Of a DNA stretch of 64,000 nucleotides, positions 1-9,323 are shown one piece after another. Position 1 is the first letter of the stretch. Every line of letters starts with the position of its first letter. The notes under the pieces were generated by a model, which searched no databases, had not been told where the DNA came from, and worked only from the letters and a program-made list of their open reading frames with translations. Source of the stretch: an uncultured Clostridia bacterium (lineage in GTDB: Bacteria > Bacillota > Clostridia > Christensenellales > UBA1242). The stretch covers positions 713,548 to 777,547 of the forward strand of contig CAKVHT010000001.1 of assembly GCA_934754375.1 (NCBI GenBank), in the 5' to 3' direction. A program made the position numbers and the translations under genes.

Positions 1-1588
1 TCTTTTTAACATTCATAAGTTCTTTACGGTCGTTTATGTGTTTGACTTGACTACGATAGTCAACAATATTTTCCGCCAAACTGTTAGATATGCCTGAAAC
101 ATAGCCAAGCAAACTAACTGATGCAGTGTTAAGGTCAACACCAACACTATTAACACAATCTTCAACAGTATTTGAAAGCACTTCTGTTAAGCGATTTTGA
201 GGCATATCATGTTGATATTGTCCCACACCAATAGATTTAACATCAATTTTGATAAGTTCAGCAAGTGGGTCTTGAAGCCTGCGGGCAATTGAAACCGCAC
301 TACGTAAATTTACATCATAATCAGGGAATTCTTTTGCTGCAAGCTTTGATGCACTATAAACTGAAGCACCTGCTTCGTTTACCATAGCATAACTTACTTT
401 ACGTGGGCATGATTTTATCAAATCTGCAACCAAAATTTCACTTTCCTTGCTTGCTGTGCCATTACCGATAGCAATGATATCAACGTTGTTACGAACAATC
501 ATTTCTGTAAGTTTTTTCTTTGCTTCTTCAACTTTATTTTGTGGTGGAGTTGGGTGCACAACTGCAGTGTCAAGCACATCACCTTTTGTGTCGATAACCG
601 CAATTTTACAGCCATTATAATATCCAGGGTCATAGCCCATAATAACGTTGTTTTTAAGCGGTGCTTGAAGCAATAATGGTTTTAAATTCACTTCAAACAT
701 TTTGATTGCTTGCTCATTTGCCCTATCTGTAAGCGTACGCCTACATTCATTTTCAAGTGATGGGAACAACAATCTATCATAACTATCTTCTATGGTGTCA
801 AGCATGATTTGATTGGTGTATTCATTGTCCTTTTTATATTCTTTTTCAATTTCGCTTATTGTAAGTTTTGGGTTGATTTCAATGTCAACTTTCAAGCAAT
901 CTTCTTTTTCGCCACGATTAAGCGCCAAAATGCGGTGACTTGGAAGTTTAGCCACTTCACCTGAAAAATCTTTATAGTTTTCGTATGTTTTATTTGTGTC
1001 TTTTTCTTCGTCCCAAACCGCTTTGATTTGAGCCTTTTTAGCAATTATTTCACGCAAAGTTTTGCGCAAGTTTGCATCATCACTAATGCGTTCAGCAATA
1101 ATATCTTTCGCACCAGCAATTGCTTCTTCAACATTTTTAACGCCCTTCTCTTCGTCAACGTAATCTTTTGCTATTTCTTCAACTGGGCAAGCTAAATCTT
1201 GTGCTTGTATTGCGTCCGCCAAAGGTTCAAGCCCTTTTGCAATAGCAACTGTAGCCCTTGTTTTGCGTTTTGGCTTATATGGCCTATATATATCTTCCAC
1301 TTCGGTGAGTGTAAGTGCATTTTCAAGCGCCAAAGCAATTTCGTCTGTCCACTTTTCTTGCTCTTTAATCACCTTTTCAACTTTTTCTTTTTCCTTGTTC
1401 AAGTTGCGCAAATAGTTAAGCCTATCAGCAAAATCACGCAACACTTGGTCATCACACGCACCGTGCGCTTCCTTTCTATAACGCGCAATAAATGGGATTG
1501 TGTTGCCTTCATCAATCAAATTGATGATGTTTTCAGCATACACTTCTTTCAAATTGAATTCGTATGCCAATTGTTTTGTTAAATCCAT
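1..1588 (-). CDS. tex: Tex-like transcription accessory protein, N-terminal ~529 codons (3' end lies beyond the window edge)
   Basis: My own minus-strand translation from the ATG at 1588-1586 gives MDLTKQLAYEFNLKEVYAENIINLIDEGNTIPFIARYRKEAHG... It stays open to position 1 and has YqgF/HhH-like segments (IIAIGNGTASKESE, GVDLNTASVSLL). It is absent from the ORF track because it runs off the window. Confidence 0.85.
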   Translation of the reverse strand, partial: MDLTKQLAYEFNLKEVYAENIINLIDEGNTIPFIARYRKEAHGACDDQVLRDFADRLNYLRNLNKEKEKVEKVIKEQEKWTDEIALALENALTLTEVEDIYRPYKPKRKTRATVAIAKGLEPLADAIQAQDLACPVEEIAKDYVDEEKGVKNVEEAIAGAKDIIAERISDDANLRKTLREIIAKKAQIKAVWDEEKDTNKTYENYKDFSGEVAKLPSHRILALNRGEKEDCLKVDIEINPKLTISEIEKEYKKDNEYTNQIMLDTIEDSYDRLLFPSLENECRRTLTDRANEQAIKMFEVNLKPLLLQAPLKNNVIMGYDPGYYNGCKIAVIDTKGDVLDTAVVHPTPPQNKVEEAKKKLTEMIVRNNVDIIAIGNGTASKESEILVADLIKSCPRKVSYAMVNEAGASVYSASKLAAKEFPDYDVNLRSAVSIARRLQDPLAELIKIDVKSIGVGQYQHDMPQNRLTEVLSNTVEDCVNSVGVDLNTASVSLLGYVSGISNSLAENIVDYRSQVKHINDRKELMNVKK

Positions 1589-1838
1589 CTTCTTTTCCTT
1601 TTAAGTATAGTTGTAATACAAATTTGATGTGAAATTATCTTATCGATCTCACTTCAAACACCTTAATTATAGCAAAACCTCACCACAAAAACAAACAAAA
1701 ATTAACAGCCTTTTGCTAAAATTATTTTGTTTTTCATTCTTGCAAATTTAATGCCATGCTTATCACTTTTTGATATTTTGCATTGTGCAAAGTTTGTTTT
1801 TTTACCTAAATTTTAATCTAAAATTTTACTTAATTATA

Positions 1839-1867
1839 TTGACAATTTATTTTTATTCTTATATAAT
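1839..1867 (+). promoter_or_regulatory. Sigma-A type promoter for rplM-rpsI
   Basis: TTGACA (1839-1844), a 17-nt spacer, then TATAAT (1862-1867). This is a perfect consensus about 150 nt upstream of rplM. Confidence 0.7.
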
Positions 1868-2018
1868 AATCAAGTATTGCACGTTAGGTGCGATTTTTCC
1901 TGCCACACGGGAAGGCTCGCCTTAACATTGACCTGAACGCGAAATAAGGTCACAGACACCAAATATCAATTTGGTTTATCACAAAATTTAATTGAATAAA
2001 ATTTTAAGGAGAAATACA
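1868..2018 (+). promoter_or_regulatory. Structured 5' leader of rplM, candidate L13 ribosomal-protein leader
   Basis: Long bulged stem GTTAGG(T)GCGA...TCGCCTTAAC encloses a TTCC...GGAA hairpin, followed by a second hairpin GACCT...AGGTC. The position matches Firmicutes L13 autoregulatory leaders. No covariance model was run. Confidence 0.45.
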
Positions 2019-2456
2019 ATGCGTACAATTATGGCAAACAAAGCCACCGTTGAAAAGAAATGGTACATCATTGATGCTGAAGGCAAAGTTCTTGGCCGTG
2101 TTGCAGCAGAAGCAGCAAGTCTTCTTCGTGGCAAACACAAAGCAACTTTCACACCAAATGTTGACTGCGGTGACAATGTTATTATTATAAACAGCGATAA
2201 AATCGTTTTAACAGGCAAAAAGGAAGAACAAAAATACTTCAAACGTTACTCTGGCTATCAATCAGGTTTGAAATTAATTCAATACAAGAAAATGATGGCT
2301 GAACAAAGTGACGTTGCTTTGATGAGAGCAATCAAAGGCATGCTTCCAAAAAATAGTTTAGGTCGCACTATGGCAACACACTGCCACATCTACAAAGGTG
2401 CTGAACACAACAACCAAGCTCAAAAACCTGAAATTTGGAACGGAGGTAAAATCTAA
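2019..2456 (+). CDS. rplM: 50S ribosomal protein L13
   Basis: [33 protein letters not shown]... is a typical L13 N-terminus. AAGGAG SD lies 6 nt before the ATG at 2019; the track start at 1992 is an upstream TTG. Confidence 0.95.
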   Translation: MRTIMANKATVEKKWYIIDAEGKVLGRVAAEAASLLRGKHKATFTPNVDCGDNVIIINSDKIVLTGKKEEQKYFKRYSGYQSGLKLIQYKKMMAEQSDVALMRAIKGMLPKNSLGRTMATHCHIYKGAEHNNQAQKPEIWNGGKI

Positions 2457-2968
2457 TGGCAGAAGTTGAAGAAAAGAAAGTTACCAAAACAACAAGAACA
2501 AAAAAAGTTGCTGATACTGCTGAAAAAGAAGTTAAAGCAACAAAAACAGTTAAAAAAGCCCCTGCAAAAGCAAAGGCTAAAGCTCAAGAATTTTTGGGCA
2601 CAGGCAGAAGAAAATGTTCTGTGGCTCGTGTACGTTTAACAACAGGTACAGGTTCAATCAAAGTTAACGGTGAAGAATTGAAAGATTATTTCGATCTTGA
2701 CACTCTTATCACAATCGTAAAACAACCTTTGGTTTTGACTGAAACAGAATCAAATGTTGACATCACAGCCAACATCTACGGTGGTGGCAAAGCTGGTCAA
2801 GCAGGTGCTCTTCGTCACGGTATCACTCGTGCATTGATGGAATATCGTCCTGAACTTCGTAGCGAACTTAAAAAAGCAGGCTTCGTAACACGTGATGCTC
2901 GTAAGAAAGAACGTAAAAAATACGGTTTGCACAAAGCTCGTAAAGCTCCACAATTCAGCAAACGTTAA
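2456..2968 (+). CDS. rpsI: 30S ribosomal protein S9 with a ~45-aa Lys/Ala-rich N-terminal extension
   Basis: The C-terminal 125 aa is canonical S9 ([14 protein letters not shown]..., ends KAPQFSKR). The start overlaps the rplM stop. Confidence 0.95.
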   Translation: MAEVEEKKVTKTTRTKKVADTAEKEVKATKTVKKAPAKAKAKAQEFLGTGRRKCSVARVRLTTGTGSIKVNGEELKDYFDLDTLITIVKQPLVLTETESNVDITANIYGGGKAGQAGALRHGITRALMEYRPELRSELKKAGFVTRDARKKERKKYGLHKARKAPQFSKR

Positions 2969-3019
2969 GCCGAACCATGTGTGCTTGCATTTGCACAGTT
3001 GTGCAAACAATATCAAAAC

Positions 3020-3050
3020 AAAAAATCCACAGAAATTGTGGATTTTTTTT
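3020..3050. terminator. Bidirectional intrinsic terminator after rpsI
   Basis: AAAAAATCCACA-gaaat-TGTGGATTTTTTTT: a 7-bp stem flanked by an A-run and a T-run. Confidence 0.75.
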
Positions 3051-3123
3051 AATGTGATTAACGACGAATCGAATTTATATGCAATACATAAGCGAAATAA
3101 GTTTGTTTATTTTTGAAGTTGAT

Positions 3124-3459
3124 TTAATAAGTATATTTATCGTCCCATTCCTTTTGAGCTTTTTTTACCAATATAACATATATAATCCCAGGAAAAATGT
3201 AAAAACAAAAAAGGATAAATGCCAAAAATCCATTTAATTTGGGCCTAGGAGGAGCAACTTTTAAATTAGTGCTATTTTTATTATTTGCAGGTGTGTTGTA
3301 GTAATAATTTATAACTTGTGCATTGTTATTGTTTGTTGTTCCTGAAAGTATTGCCCTTTCGGTTTCAAAACTTGTGTTACAATACTGGCATTTATTTACT
3401 TCTTTATTTTCATCAATACTTATTCCAGCACCACAATTTGGACATTTACACTCTTTCAT
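3124..3459 (-). CDS. Zinc-ribbon membrane protein (hypothetical)
   Basis: N-terminal CPNCG...CQYC zinc ribbon, an Asn-rich linker and a C-terminal TM helix (FLAFILFCFYIFPGIIYVILV). Confidence 0.7.
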   Translation of the reverse strand: MKECKCPNCGAGISIDENKEVNKCQYCNTSFETERAILSGTTNNNNAQVINYYYNTPANNKNSTNLKVAPPRPKLNGFLAFILFCFYIFPGIIYVILVKKAQKEWDDKYTY

Positions 3460-3497
3460 CTTTTTCTCCTAATCATTTGTTCATTAATTGAATTATA

Positions 3498-3544
3498 TTC
3501 TTACAATTGTAAGAAGTCAAGTATTTTTCTTACTTTTGTGAGAA
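3498..3544. promoter_or_regulatory. Two operator-like palindromes between divergent genes
   Basis: Perfect 18-bp palindrome TTCTTACAATTGTAAGAA (3498-3515) and related TTCTTACttttGTGAGAA (3527-3544), just upstream of the XRE regulator gene. Confidence 0.5.
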
Positions 3545-3553
3545 AAATATTAT

Positions 3554-3763
3554 ATGAAAGAAATAAGATTTGGAGAGAGATTAAGAGACCTTAGGCAAGA
3601 AAAAAATATAGGACAAGTCGAACTTGCAACAAAAATCGGTGTAAGCAAAGGTATTATATCATTATGGGAACAAGGCAAGCGTGAGCCTACCCTATCTTCT
3701 CTTGTTGCAATCGCTGATTTTTTTAATGTAACAATTGATTATTTAATTGGTAGAGAAATTTAA
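3554..3763 (+). CDS. XRE-family helix-turn-helix transcriptional regulator
   Basis: 69 aa. FGERLRDLRQEKNIGQVELATKIGVSKGIISLWEQGKREPTL is a classic Cro/C1 HTH. Confidence 0.85.
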   Translation: MKEIRFGERLRDLRQEKNIGQVELATKIGVSKGIISLWEQGKREPTLSSLVAIADFFNVTIDYLIGREI

Positions 3764-4024
3764 TAAAAAACCAGTTTTACTGCAAATTAAAAAGAGAGAT
3801 GTTGATTTACACTCGAAAATGCAAATCTTCTAAAAACGTGTTGTGTTGGTTTTGTCCAACTGATTACGTTTAAACTATTGCATTTTTTGTAGAGCATAAA
3901 ACTATCTCTCTTATATGTAAGGGGTTGCCTTACAATGATACTTTGTGTGTTTTTTGTTAAATTATTCAAATATTTTAAAAAATTTTTATAAAAATATTTA
4001 AATTTTAAAATTTTTTACGAGATT

Positions 4025-5101
4025 TTAGTTTAAATATTTTTTATTTTTATTCTTTTTTAGCAAACAAACTGTCATATCAACCAGCAATAAGATATCAATA
4101 ACAAGCACTACATAACGATAATCAAACACGAGGGCAGTAACAAAATAAGCACCTGTCAGCAAATCCAAATCATAATTTTTACCAACTGCAAACATAATAT
4201 TGCCATTTGTATCAGTGCGTACAATATGTGTGTAAATGCTGTTAAGCCTATCCAAAACCTCTTGATTTGGATGCCCGTATTTGTTACCACTTGATATAAC
4301 AGAATATTCAGGTGTTGTCTGTTCCAAGAACTCTTCAGACGAAGAATATTTACTGCCATGATGTGCAATTTTTAAAACATCCACATCAAGTTCATCTCCA
4401 TAAGTTTCAATATATTTTTGTTCTGCAGCCTTTTCAATATCACCTGTAAATAAAAATGATTTGTTTTTATATTCCAACTTGATAAGCGGACAACTGTTGT
4501 TTGTATCAGAAAATGAAAGTGGTGCAAATATTTTTAAGATGTATTCGTTTTCAATTACAAATTCTTCTAAATACGTTGTAACAGTACAATTTTCAGCATT
4601 TACGAGTGCTTTTAGTGTTTTGTAGGTTTCAGTTTCAGAGTCTATGGACGGCATAAAAATTGTTCCAAAATCATATAACTTAGTTAGTTTTACTGCACCA
4701 CCTATATGGTCTGAATCAGCATGTGTCAGGATTAAATAATCTATCAAATTATTCCTTCTGTTATTTGTAACCCTCTGTTTTATATAGTCTATGTATTCAG
4801 TTGTTTCATTAATTGGTCCAGCATCAATCAAAACAATTTTATCATCTGGAAGATTAATTGCAATTGCATCACCCTGTCCCACATTGATAAAATGAACAAT
4901 TAGACTATCTTTTGAACTTACAATCTCAAAATCATCTTTTAACCAATTAACAAGCAATGGATTTAAAAGATTAAAAAACAAACACAGCAAACTAATTGTA
5001 AAAATAATTATAGAATTTATAATAATTTTATTAAAATCGCTGTTGTTTTTATCATGTTTTGAAATTTTTACCAAATTTGTTGTTTTCTTTTGTCTATCCA
5101 T
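4025..5101 (-). CDS. ComEC/Rec2-related metallo-beta-lactamase-fold hydrolase with an N-terminal TM anchor
   Basis: Motifs FINVGQGDAIAI, LTHADSDHIGG and KIAHHGS are typical of the ComEC C-terminal MBL domain. One N-terminal TM helix. Confidence 0.8.
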   Translation of the reverse strand: MDRQKKTTNLVKISKHDKNNSDFNKIIINSIIIFTISLLCLFFNLLNPLLVNWLKDDFEIVSSKDSLIVHFINVGQGDAIAINLPDDKIVLIDAGPINETTEYIDYIKQRVTNNRRNNLIDYLILTHADSDHIGGAVKLTKLYDFGTIFMPSIDSETETYKTLKALVNAENCTVTTYLEEFVIENEYILKIFAPLSFSDTNNSCPLIKLEYKNKSFLFTGDIEKAAEQKYIETYGDELDVDVLKIAHHGSKYSSSEEFLEQTTPEYSVISSGNKYGHPNQEVLDRLNSIYTHIVRTDTNGNIMFAVGKNYDLDLLTGAYFVTALVFDYRYVVLVIDILLLVDMTVCLLKKNKNKKYLN

Positions 5102-5895
5102 TTTCTTTTGTGCTTGCCTAAAAATATCTTTTCAATTTCTGGTATAGCCTTAACCACAGCATCATAACCAGCCTTTATCATTTCATCTTTATTTTCAAGT
5201 TTAAGCGAATTAAATTTTGCCATATCTGGCGCAATAACCAAGTCGCTCCACATCAGCCCCTGCTTTGAATTATTAACCATCATTATACCAATGCTTGTGA
5301 CAAATTGTGTCCACATTCTATTGCTATCCGTGCCTCCGCCCCTGGTTGAGTTGCAATCAATTGTTATCACAAAATCACAACCATTTTTAAACAATACATC
5401 AGCTGGAACATTATTTCTAACACCGCCATCAATAAGCGTCATATCGCGATATTTTACAGGTAAAAACACACCTGGTATGGCACAACTTCCAGTTATCACA
5501 CTGTTCAATTTGCCAGTTTTAAAAACAACTTGTTTGCCCGTCTTTAAATCAACCGCAACTGCATAAAACGGTATTTTTAAGTTTTCAACCCTTTTGATTG
5601 GCAACACCTTATCTAATGTCTCCGCCATAGTGTCCATGCTTGAAGGCAGTATGCCAAATTTTTGTTTGATAAAATCGCTTTGCTTAACTTGTTTTGACAT
5701 CTCATAAATTTGGTCGCTTTTTAAGCCACTTGAATAAAGCGCACCAAAAAGACTGCCAGCGCTAGTCCCTGCAACAGCATCAAACTTTATACCATATTCC
5801 TCAAAAGCCTTAAACGCACCCAGATGAGCAAATCCACGTGTTCCACCGCCACTTAAGCACAAACCGATTTTGTACTTTTTATGAAACAAATTCAT
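5068..5895 (-). CDS. Patatin-like phospholipase
   Basis: GLCLSGGGTRGFAHLG oxyanion motif, GTSAG nucleophile elbow and the DGG motif. The track ORF extends to a GTG at 5994; ATG at 5895 (MNLFHKKYKIG) fits family N-termini better, so the start is uncertain. Confidence 0.85.
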   Translation of the reverse strand: MNLFHKKYKIGLCLSGGGTRGFAHLGAFKAFEEYGIKFDAVAGTSAGSLFGALYSSGLKSDQIYEMSKQVKQSDFIKQKFGILPSSMDTMAETLDKVLPIKRVENLKIPFYAVAVDLKTGKQVVFKTGKLNSVITGSCAIPGVFLPVKYRDMTLIDGGVRNNVPADVLFKNGCDFVITIDCNSTRGGGTDSNRMWTQFVTSIGIMMVNNSKQGLMWSDLVIAPDMAKFNSLKLENKDEMIKAGYDAVVKAIPEIEKIFLGKHKRKWIDKRKQQIW

Positions 5896-6243
5896 GCGTT
5901 TTAAACCAAATTTCGATGTTAGTCCCATATCTTTATTATGCACAATACCACCACCATTTATGTTTGTATTATACAATAAACCAGTTATAAACACAAATTA
6001 TCTGCCAAAATTTAAACAAATCTTCAAATGTGACTAAATAAAACACCGATACGATTTTTAAATAATTTAATATAAAATGAATTATTTAAATCTATTTTTA
6101 TGTTGAAAATCAATTATTTTTAATCATTTTTTATTATTTTTTAATATTTTCTAAAAACAATGATCGATAATTTAAACATCTGCTTGTCATTGCAGACAAT
6201 TACAAAAACAATATCTTAATTATTTGAATACAATTTAGGTATC

Positions 6244-6275
6244 AAAAAAGATACATTTTGCATGTATCCTTTTTG
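6244..6275. terminator. Bidirectional intrinsic terminator
   Basis: AAAAAA-GATACAT-tttgc-ATGTATC-CTTTTT, directly downstream of the stop at 6283. Confidence 0.65.
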
Positions 6276-6282
6276 TTTTATA

Positions 6283-7653
6283 TTATTGATTGTTTTCGCC
6301 TTTGCCTTCACGTTCACGAATCTTTTGAAGTGTTGCATTTGTTTGTTCCAAATCAGCTTCAAGTTGTGAAATTTGTTCTTCCAAAATATTGTTTGTATGT
6401 TCCAAAATTGGGAAGCGGTCTTTGTTGGCATTGATAACATCTTCACAGTGATTTACACTCAATCTCAAACCGTCCAATAATTCAAGTTCGTTTGCAAGCT
6501 TTTCAGCTTTTTCTTTATCAATATCAACATAGTTATTTACGCCATACAAAGCAACTTTCTTTTTAGCAACAATTGCTTCTTTACGACGAAGTTTTGTTTG
6601 ATATCTTTCAAGGTCTGTCATCACTTTTTTCAAAGGACGATATTCTTTCATATTGATTTTGTAATCTTTCTTTGCATTTTTAAGACGTTCTTCCAAAACT
6701 GCGATACGATTTAAACATTCTTCTTCTGTCATATCAATTGTAACAACTTCTGTTGGTTGTTCTGGTTGTTCGCTCAATTGTTTGTTTAAGCTTTCAAGTT
6801 GTGAAGTAAGTTCTGCAATACGTTTATTTGCGTCTTCAAGTTCTTGTTTTGTTTTTTCATCTTCAACAGATGTTGCTTCTTCAGTTGATTCAGGTTCAAC
6901 TTCTTCCACTGTTTCTTCTGTTTTAGTTTCTGCTTCAACTGGTTCTTCTGTTTTAGTTTCTGCTTCAACTGGTTCTTCTGTTTTAGTTTCTGCTTCTACA
7001 GGTTCTTCTTCAGATGTTGTTTCTTCTTCGCTTGATTCTTCATCTTCTTGTTGATTTAAGATTTTGTCAATGTCATATTGAGCCAGTACAGAGTTTTCTT
7101 CTTCTGGTTGATTTTCTTTGTCCTCTTTTGCTTCATCAACAACCTCATTGTTGATTTCGTCAATAAGGTTTTGTATGTCTAAATCATCTTCTGAATCGGT
7201 TTTATCTTCCTCATTTGATTCTTCATCAACTGCCATAGGTGCATCTTCTAAAGTTTTAACATCAGTTGCAGGCTTTTCATTTTCAGATTTAGTTTCTTCT
7301 TTGTTTTCGTTTTTAAGTCTATTTTCAATTTCTTCAAGATTAGAATCATTGTCTTCAACAAGTTTAAACAAATCATCTTCTTTGTTTGTTCCATCAATCA
7401 TTTCTTGTTCTTTTTGAGCTTTAGCCATGTTGATAGCCTCGAAGTCGTAATCTTGTCCTTTTGACTTATCCTCAATCAAATTTTGTTGTTTGTATTGTGT
7501 ATAATCCATAACTTCTTGTTTTGGTTGCTTAGAAGCACGATCCTCGTTATCAAAAGCCCCAATAATGATATGACCCAAGAAAGCAATCAAACCGCCAACA
7601 ACAATCACAATACCAATAATTGCTATAATACCTACAAATGCTTGCCATTCCAT
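6283..7653 (-). CDS. Membrane-anchored, highly acidic coiled-coil protein with internal tandem repeats (function unknown)
   Basis: 456 aa. N-terminal TM (FVGIIAIIGIVIVVGGLIAFLG), a Glu/Asp-rich low-complexity middle with EEPVEAETKT x3, and a C-terminal heptad-like Lys/Glu/Leu region. Confidence 0.8.
   Translation of the reverse strand: MEWQAFVGIIAIIGIVIVVGGLIAFLGHIIIGAFDNEDRASKQPKQEVMDYTQYKQQNLIEDKSKGQDYDFEAINMAKAQKEQEMIDGTNKEDDLFKLVEDNDSNLEEIENRLKNENKEETKSENEKPATDVKTLEDAPMAVDEESNEEDKTDSEDDLDIQNLIDEINNEVVDEAKEDKENQPEEENSVLAQYDIDKILNQQEDEESSEEETTSEEEPVEAETKTEEPVEAETKTEEPVEAETKTEETVEEVEPESTEEATSVEDEKTKQELEDANKRIAELTSQLESLNKQLSEQPEQPTEVVTIDMTEEECLNRIAVLEERLKNAKKDYKINMKEYRPLKKVMTDLERYQTKLRRKEAIVAKKKVALYGVNNYVDIDKEKAEKLANELELLDGLRLSVNHCEDVINANKDRFPILEHTNNILEEQISQLEADLEQTNATLQKIREREGKGENNQ
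6901..7010. repeat. 30-bp in-frame tandem repeat (about 3.5 copies) inside the acidic protein gene
   Basis: 6931-6960 and 6961-6990 are identical (tgcttcaactggttcttctgttttagtttc). The flanking units are degenerate. Confidence 0.9.
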
Positions 7654-7846
7654 AAAAAATAAATCTCCTTTTTATTTGTTCGCCTTATTATATCTCATAG
7701 CAATTGTTTTTTCAATACCTTTTTTGAAAATTTTTTAAAAAAATTAAAAAAATAAGGCAAAATTTCGCAAAAATACAACAAATCAAAGCAAAATTTAACC
7801 TTTTAAATAAAATTTTTTCAAAATTGTATTTAAACAGTCATCGTCT

Positions 7847-9232
7847 TTATTGGTTTCTCAAACCTTTTGGATAATAGTTTTTAAACTTTCCAGCAGAGAT
7901 TTTAAAGCCACCAACCGCACAACCATTTATCAAAAACGCACCATATCCGTCTGGCAAATCAACATCAACAGTTTCCCCTTTTAAATATTTTGCCACCACC
8001 GGATTGTGGAAATCATAATCTAATTTTAGTTTGAAACCATTCCCAAAAGCAGTAAAAAGATTATGACAAGGTTCAAATCTTTTATCCTTATTTGTGCCGA
8101 CCCTCACACCTATTGAGTAATAATTGACACCCTTTTTTACCATTGCCTTATCTTTTACAACATAATAGAAATCGCCGTACTCGCAACAATTAAAACCTGC
8201 ACAAACGTTTGCCACAAAATTTTTAGCATTTGTATTTTCTTTCAGTCTCATGTTTTGCTCTGGAACGTTTTTGTTCTCTTCTAATTTTTGCAAAACAGCA
8301 ACAAACTGACCCTCTCCACGAACCTTGTGTGGATATAATCTAACAGCTTCTGGCATATTTATGCCACGAGGCAAATTTTCATCGATATTCACAAGTTTAT
8401 AATTGTACTTTGCCATAAACCTGTTTATAGTATCTTCATTTTCTTCAAGAGAATAAGTGCAAGTTGAATATATTAAAAATCCATTCTGTTTCAAAGCGAT
8501 GTTTGCATTTTCCAAAATACTCTGTTGACGTTCGGCACACATCTGTGGCAAATTTTTGTTCCATTCTTTAACAACTTGTTCTCCACGCCTGAACATACCT
8601 TCCCCACTGCAAGGCGCATCAACCAACACAACATCAAAACAATTAGCGTAGGCATTGGCAATATTCTTTGGTGTATCATTTGTTATCACAACATTTTCAA
8701 GCCCCATTCTTTCAATATTGGAAAATAAGATACTGCATCGCTCACGATTAATTTCGTTGCTAACAAGCACTCCATTTGGCAATCTGTTTGCAATTTGAAT
8801 TGTTTTTCCGCCTGGTGCTGAACACATATCCAAAACCATTTCATCACCTTTAAATTTATGCGCATTGACAGTAAACATTGCGCTAGGCTCTTGCACATAA
8901 AAAGCCCCTGCATGATGTAAAGGGTGTTTGCCCAACTTTTGGTTTACATAAAAGCCTTTTGGCTCATACTTAATTGGTTCAATACTAAAATCAACAATCT
9001 GTTCAAAATTTTCAACATCAATTTTTTTGTTAACAAAAATTGCAGACTGTTTTGGCTTGTTTAAACTGTCAATAAACTGGCAATATTCATCTGGCAAAAT
9101 TTGTTTCATTCTGGTCAAGAACGGCTCTGGCAAATTTAATTCAACACCAGATGATTGTATTTCATTTTGAGTGGCACTATCATTAACCTTTTTGCTTGAT
9201 AATGTTGATTTGTGTTTTTTATTGCTTTTCAT
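7847..9232 (-). CDS. RsmB/RsmF-family (NOL1/NOP2/Sun) rRNA cytosine-C5 methyltransferase
   Basis: LDMCSAPGGKT SAM motif, DAPCSGEGMFRR and YSTCT catalytic Cys motifs, and an RsmF-like C-terminal extension. Confidence 0.85.
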   Translation of the reverse strand: MKSNKKHKSTLSSKKVNDSATQNEIQSSGVELNLPEPFLTRMKQILPDEYCQFIDSLNKPKQSAIFVNKKIDVENFEQIVDFSIEPIKYEPKGFYVNQKLGKHPLHHAGAFYVQEPSAMFTVNAHKFKGDEMVLDMCSAPGGKTIQIANRLPNGVLVSNEINRERCSILFSNIERMGLENVVITNDTPKNIANAYANCFDVVLVDAPCSGEGMFRRGEQVVKEWNKNLPQMCAERQQSILENANIALKQNGFLIYSTCTYSLEENEDTINRFMAKYNYKLVNIDENLPRGINMPEAVRLYPHKVRGEGQFVAVLQKLEENKNVPEQNMRLKENTNAKNFVANVCAGFNCCEYGDFYYVVKDKAMVKKGVNYYSIGVRVGTNKDKRFEPCHNLFTAFGNGFKLKLDYDFHNPVVAKYLKGETVDVDLPDGYGAFLINGCAVGGFKISAGKFKNYYPKGLRNQ

Positions 9233-9323
9233 GCTAAAATTATAACAGATTAAACAAAAAAACTCTACATTTTCTTGATTTTTTTTCTCATTTTAACTAA
9301 ACTAATAATAAAAGAAGGGGTAC

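Noticed and set aside
1199-1582. Plus-strand 127-aa ORF from the track
   Set aside because: It lies antisense to a clearly recognisable Tex coding region. Low-complexity Phe/Cys-rich translation. A shadow ORF.
3020-3050. DnaA-box-like sequences (AAATCCACA / TGTGGATTT) here and at 42903-42931, plus TTTTCCACA at 51504-51512; a possible oriC
   Set aside because: Each is the stem of an obvious terminator or leader hairpin. They are isolated, about 40 kb apart, not clustered next to an AT-rich DUE, and there is no dnaA/dnaN context.
3787-3969. 60-aa minus-strand ORF after the XRE gene
   Set aside because: No ribosome-binding site and no recognisable features. It lies in an AT-rich intergenic stretch.
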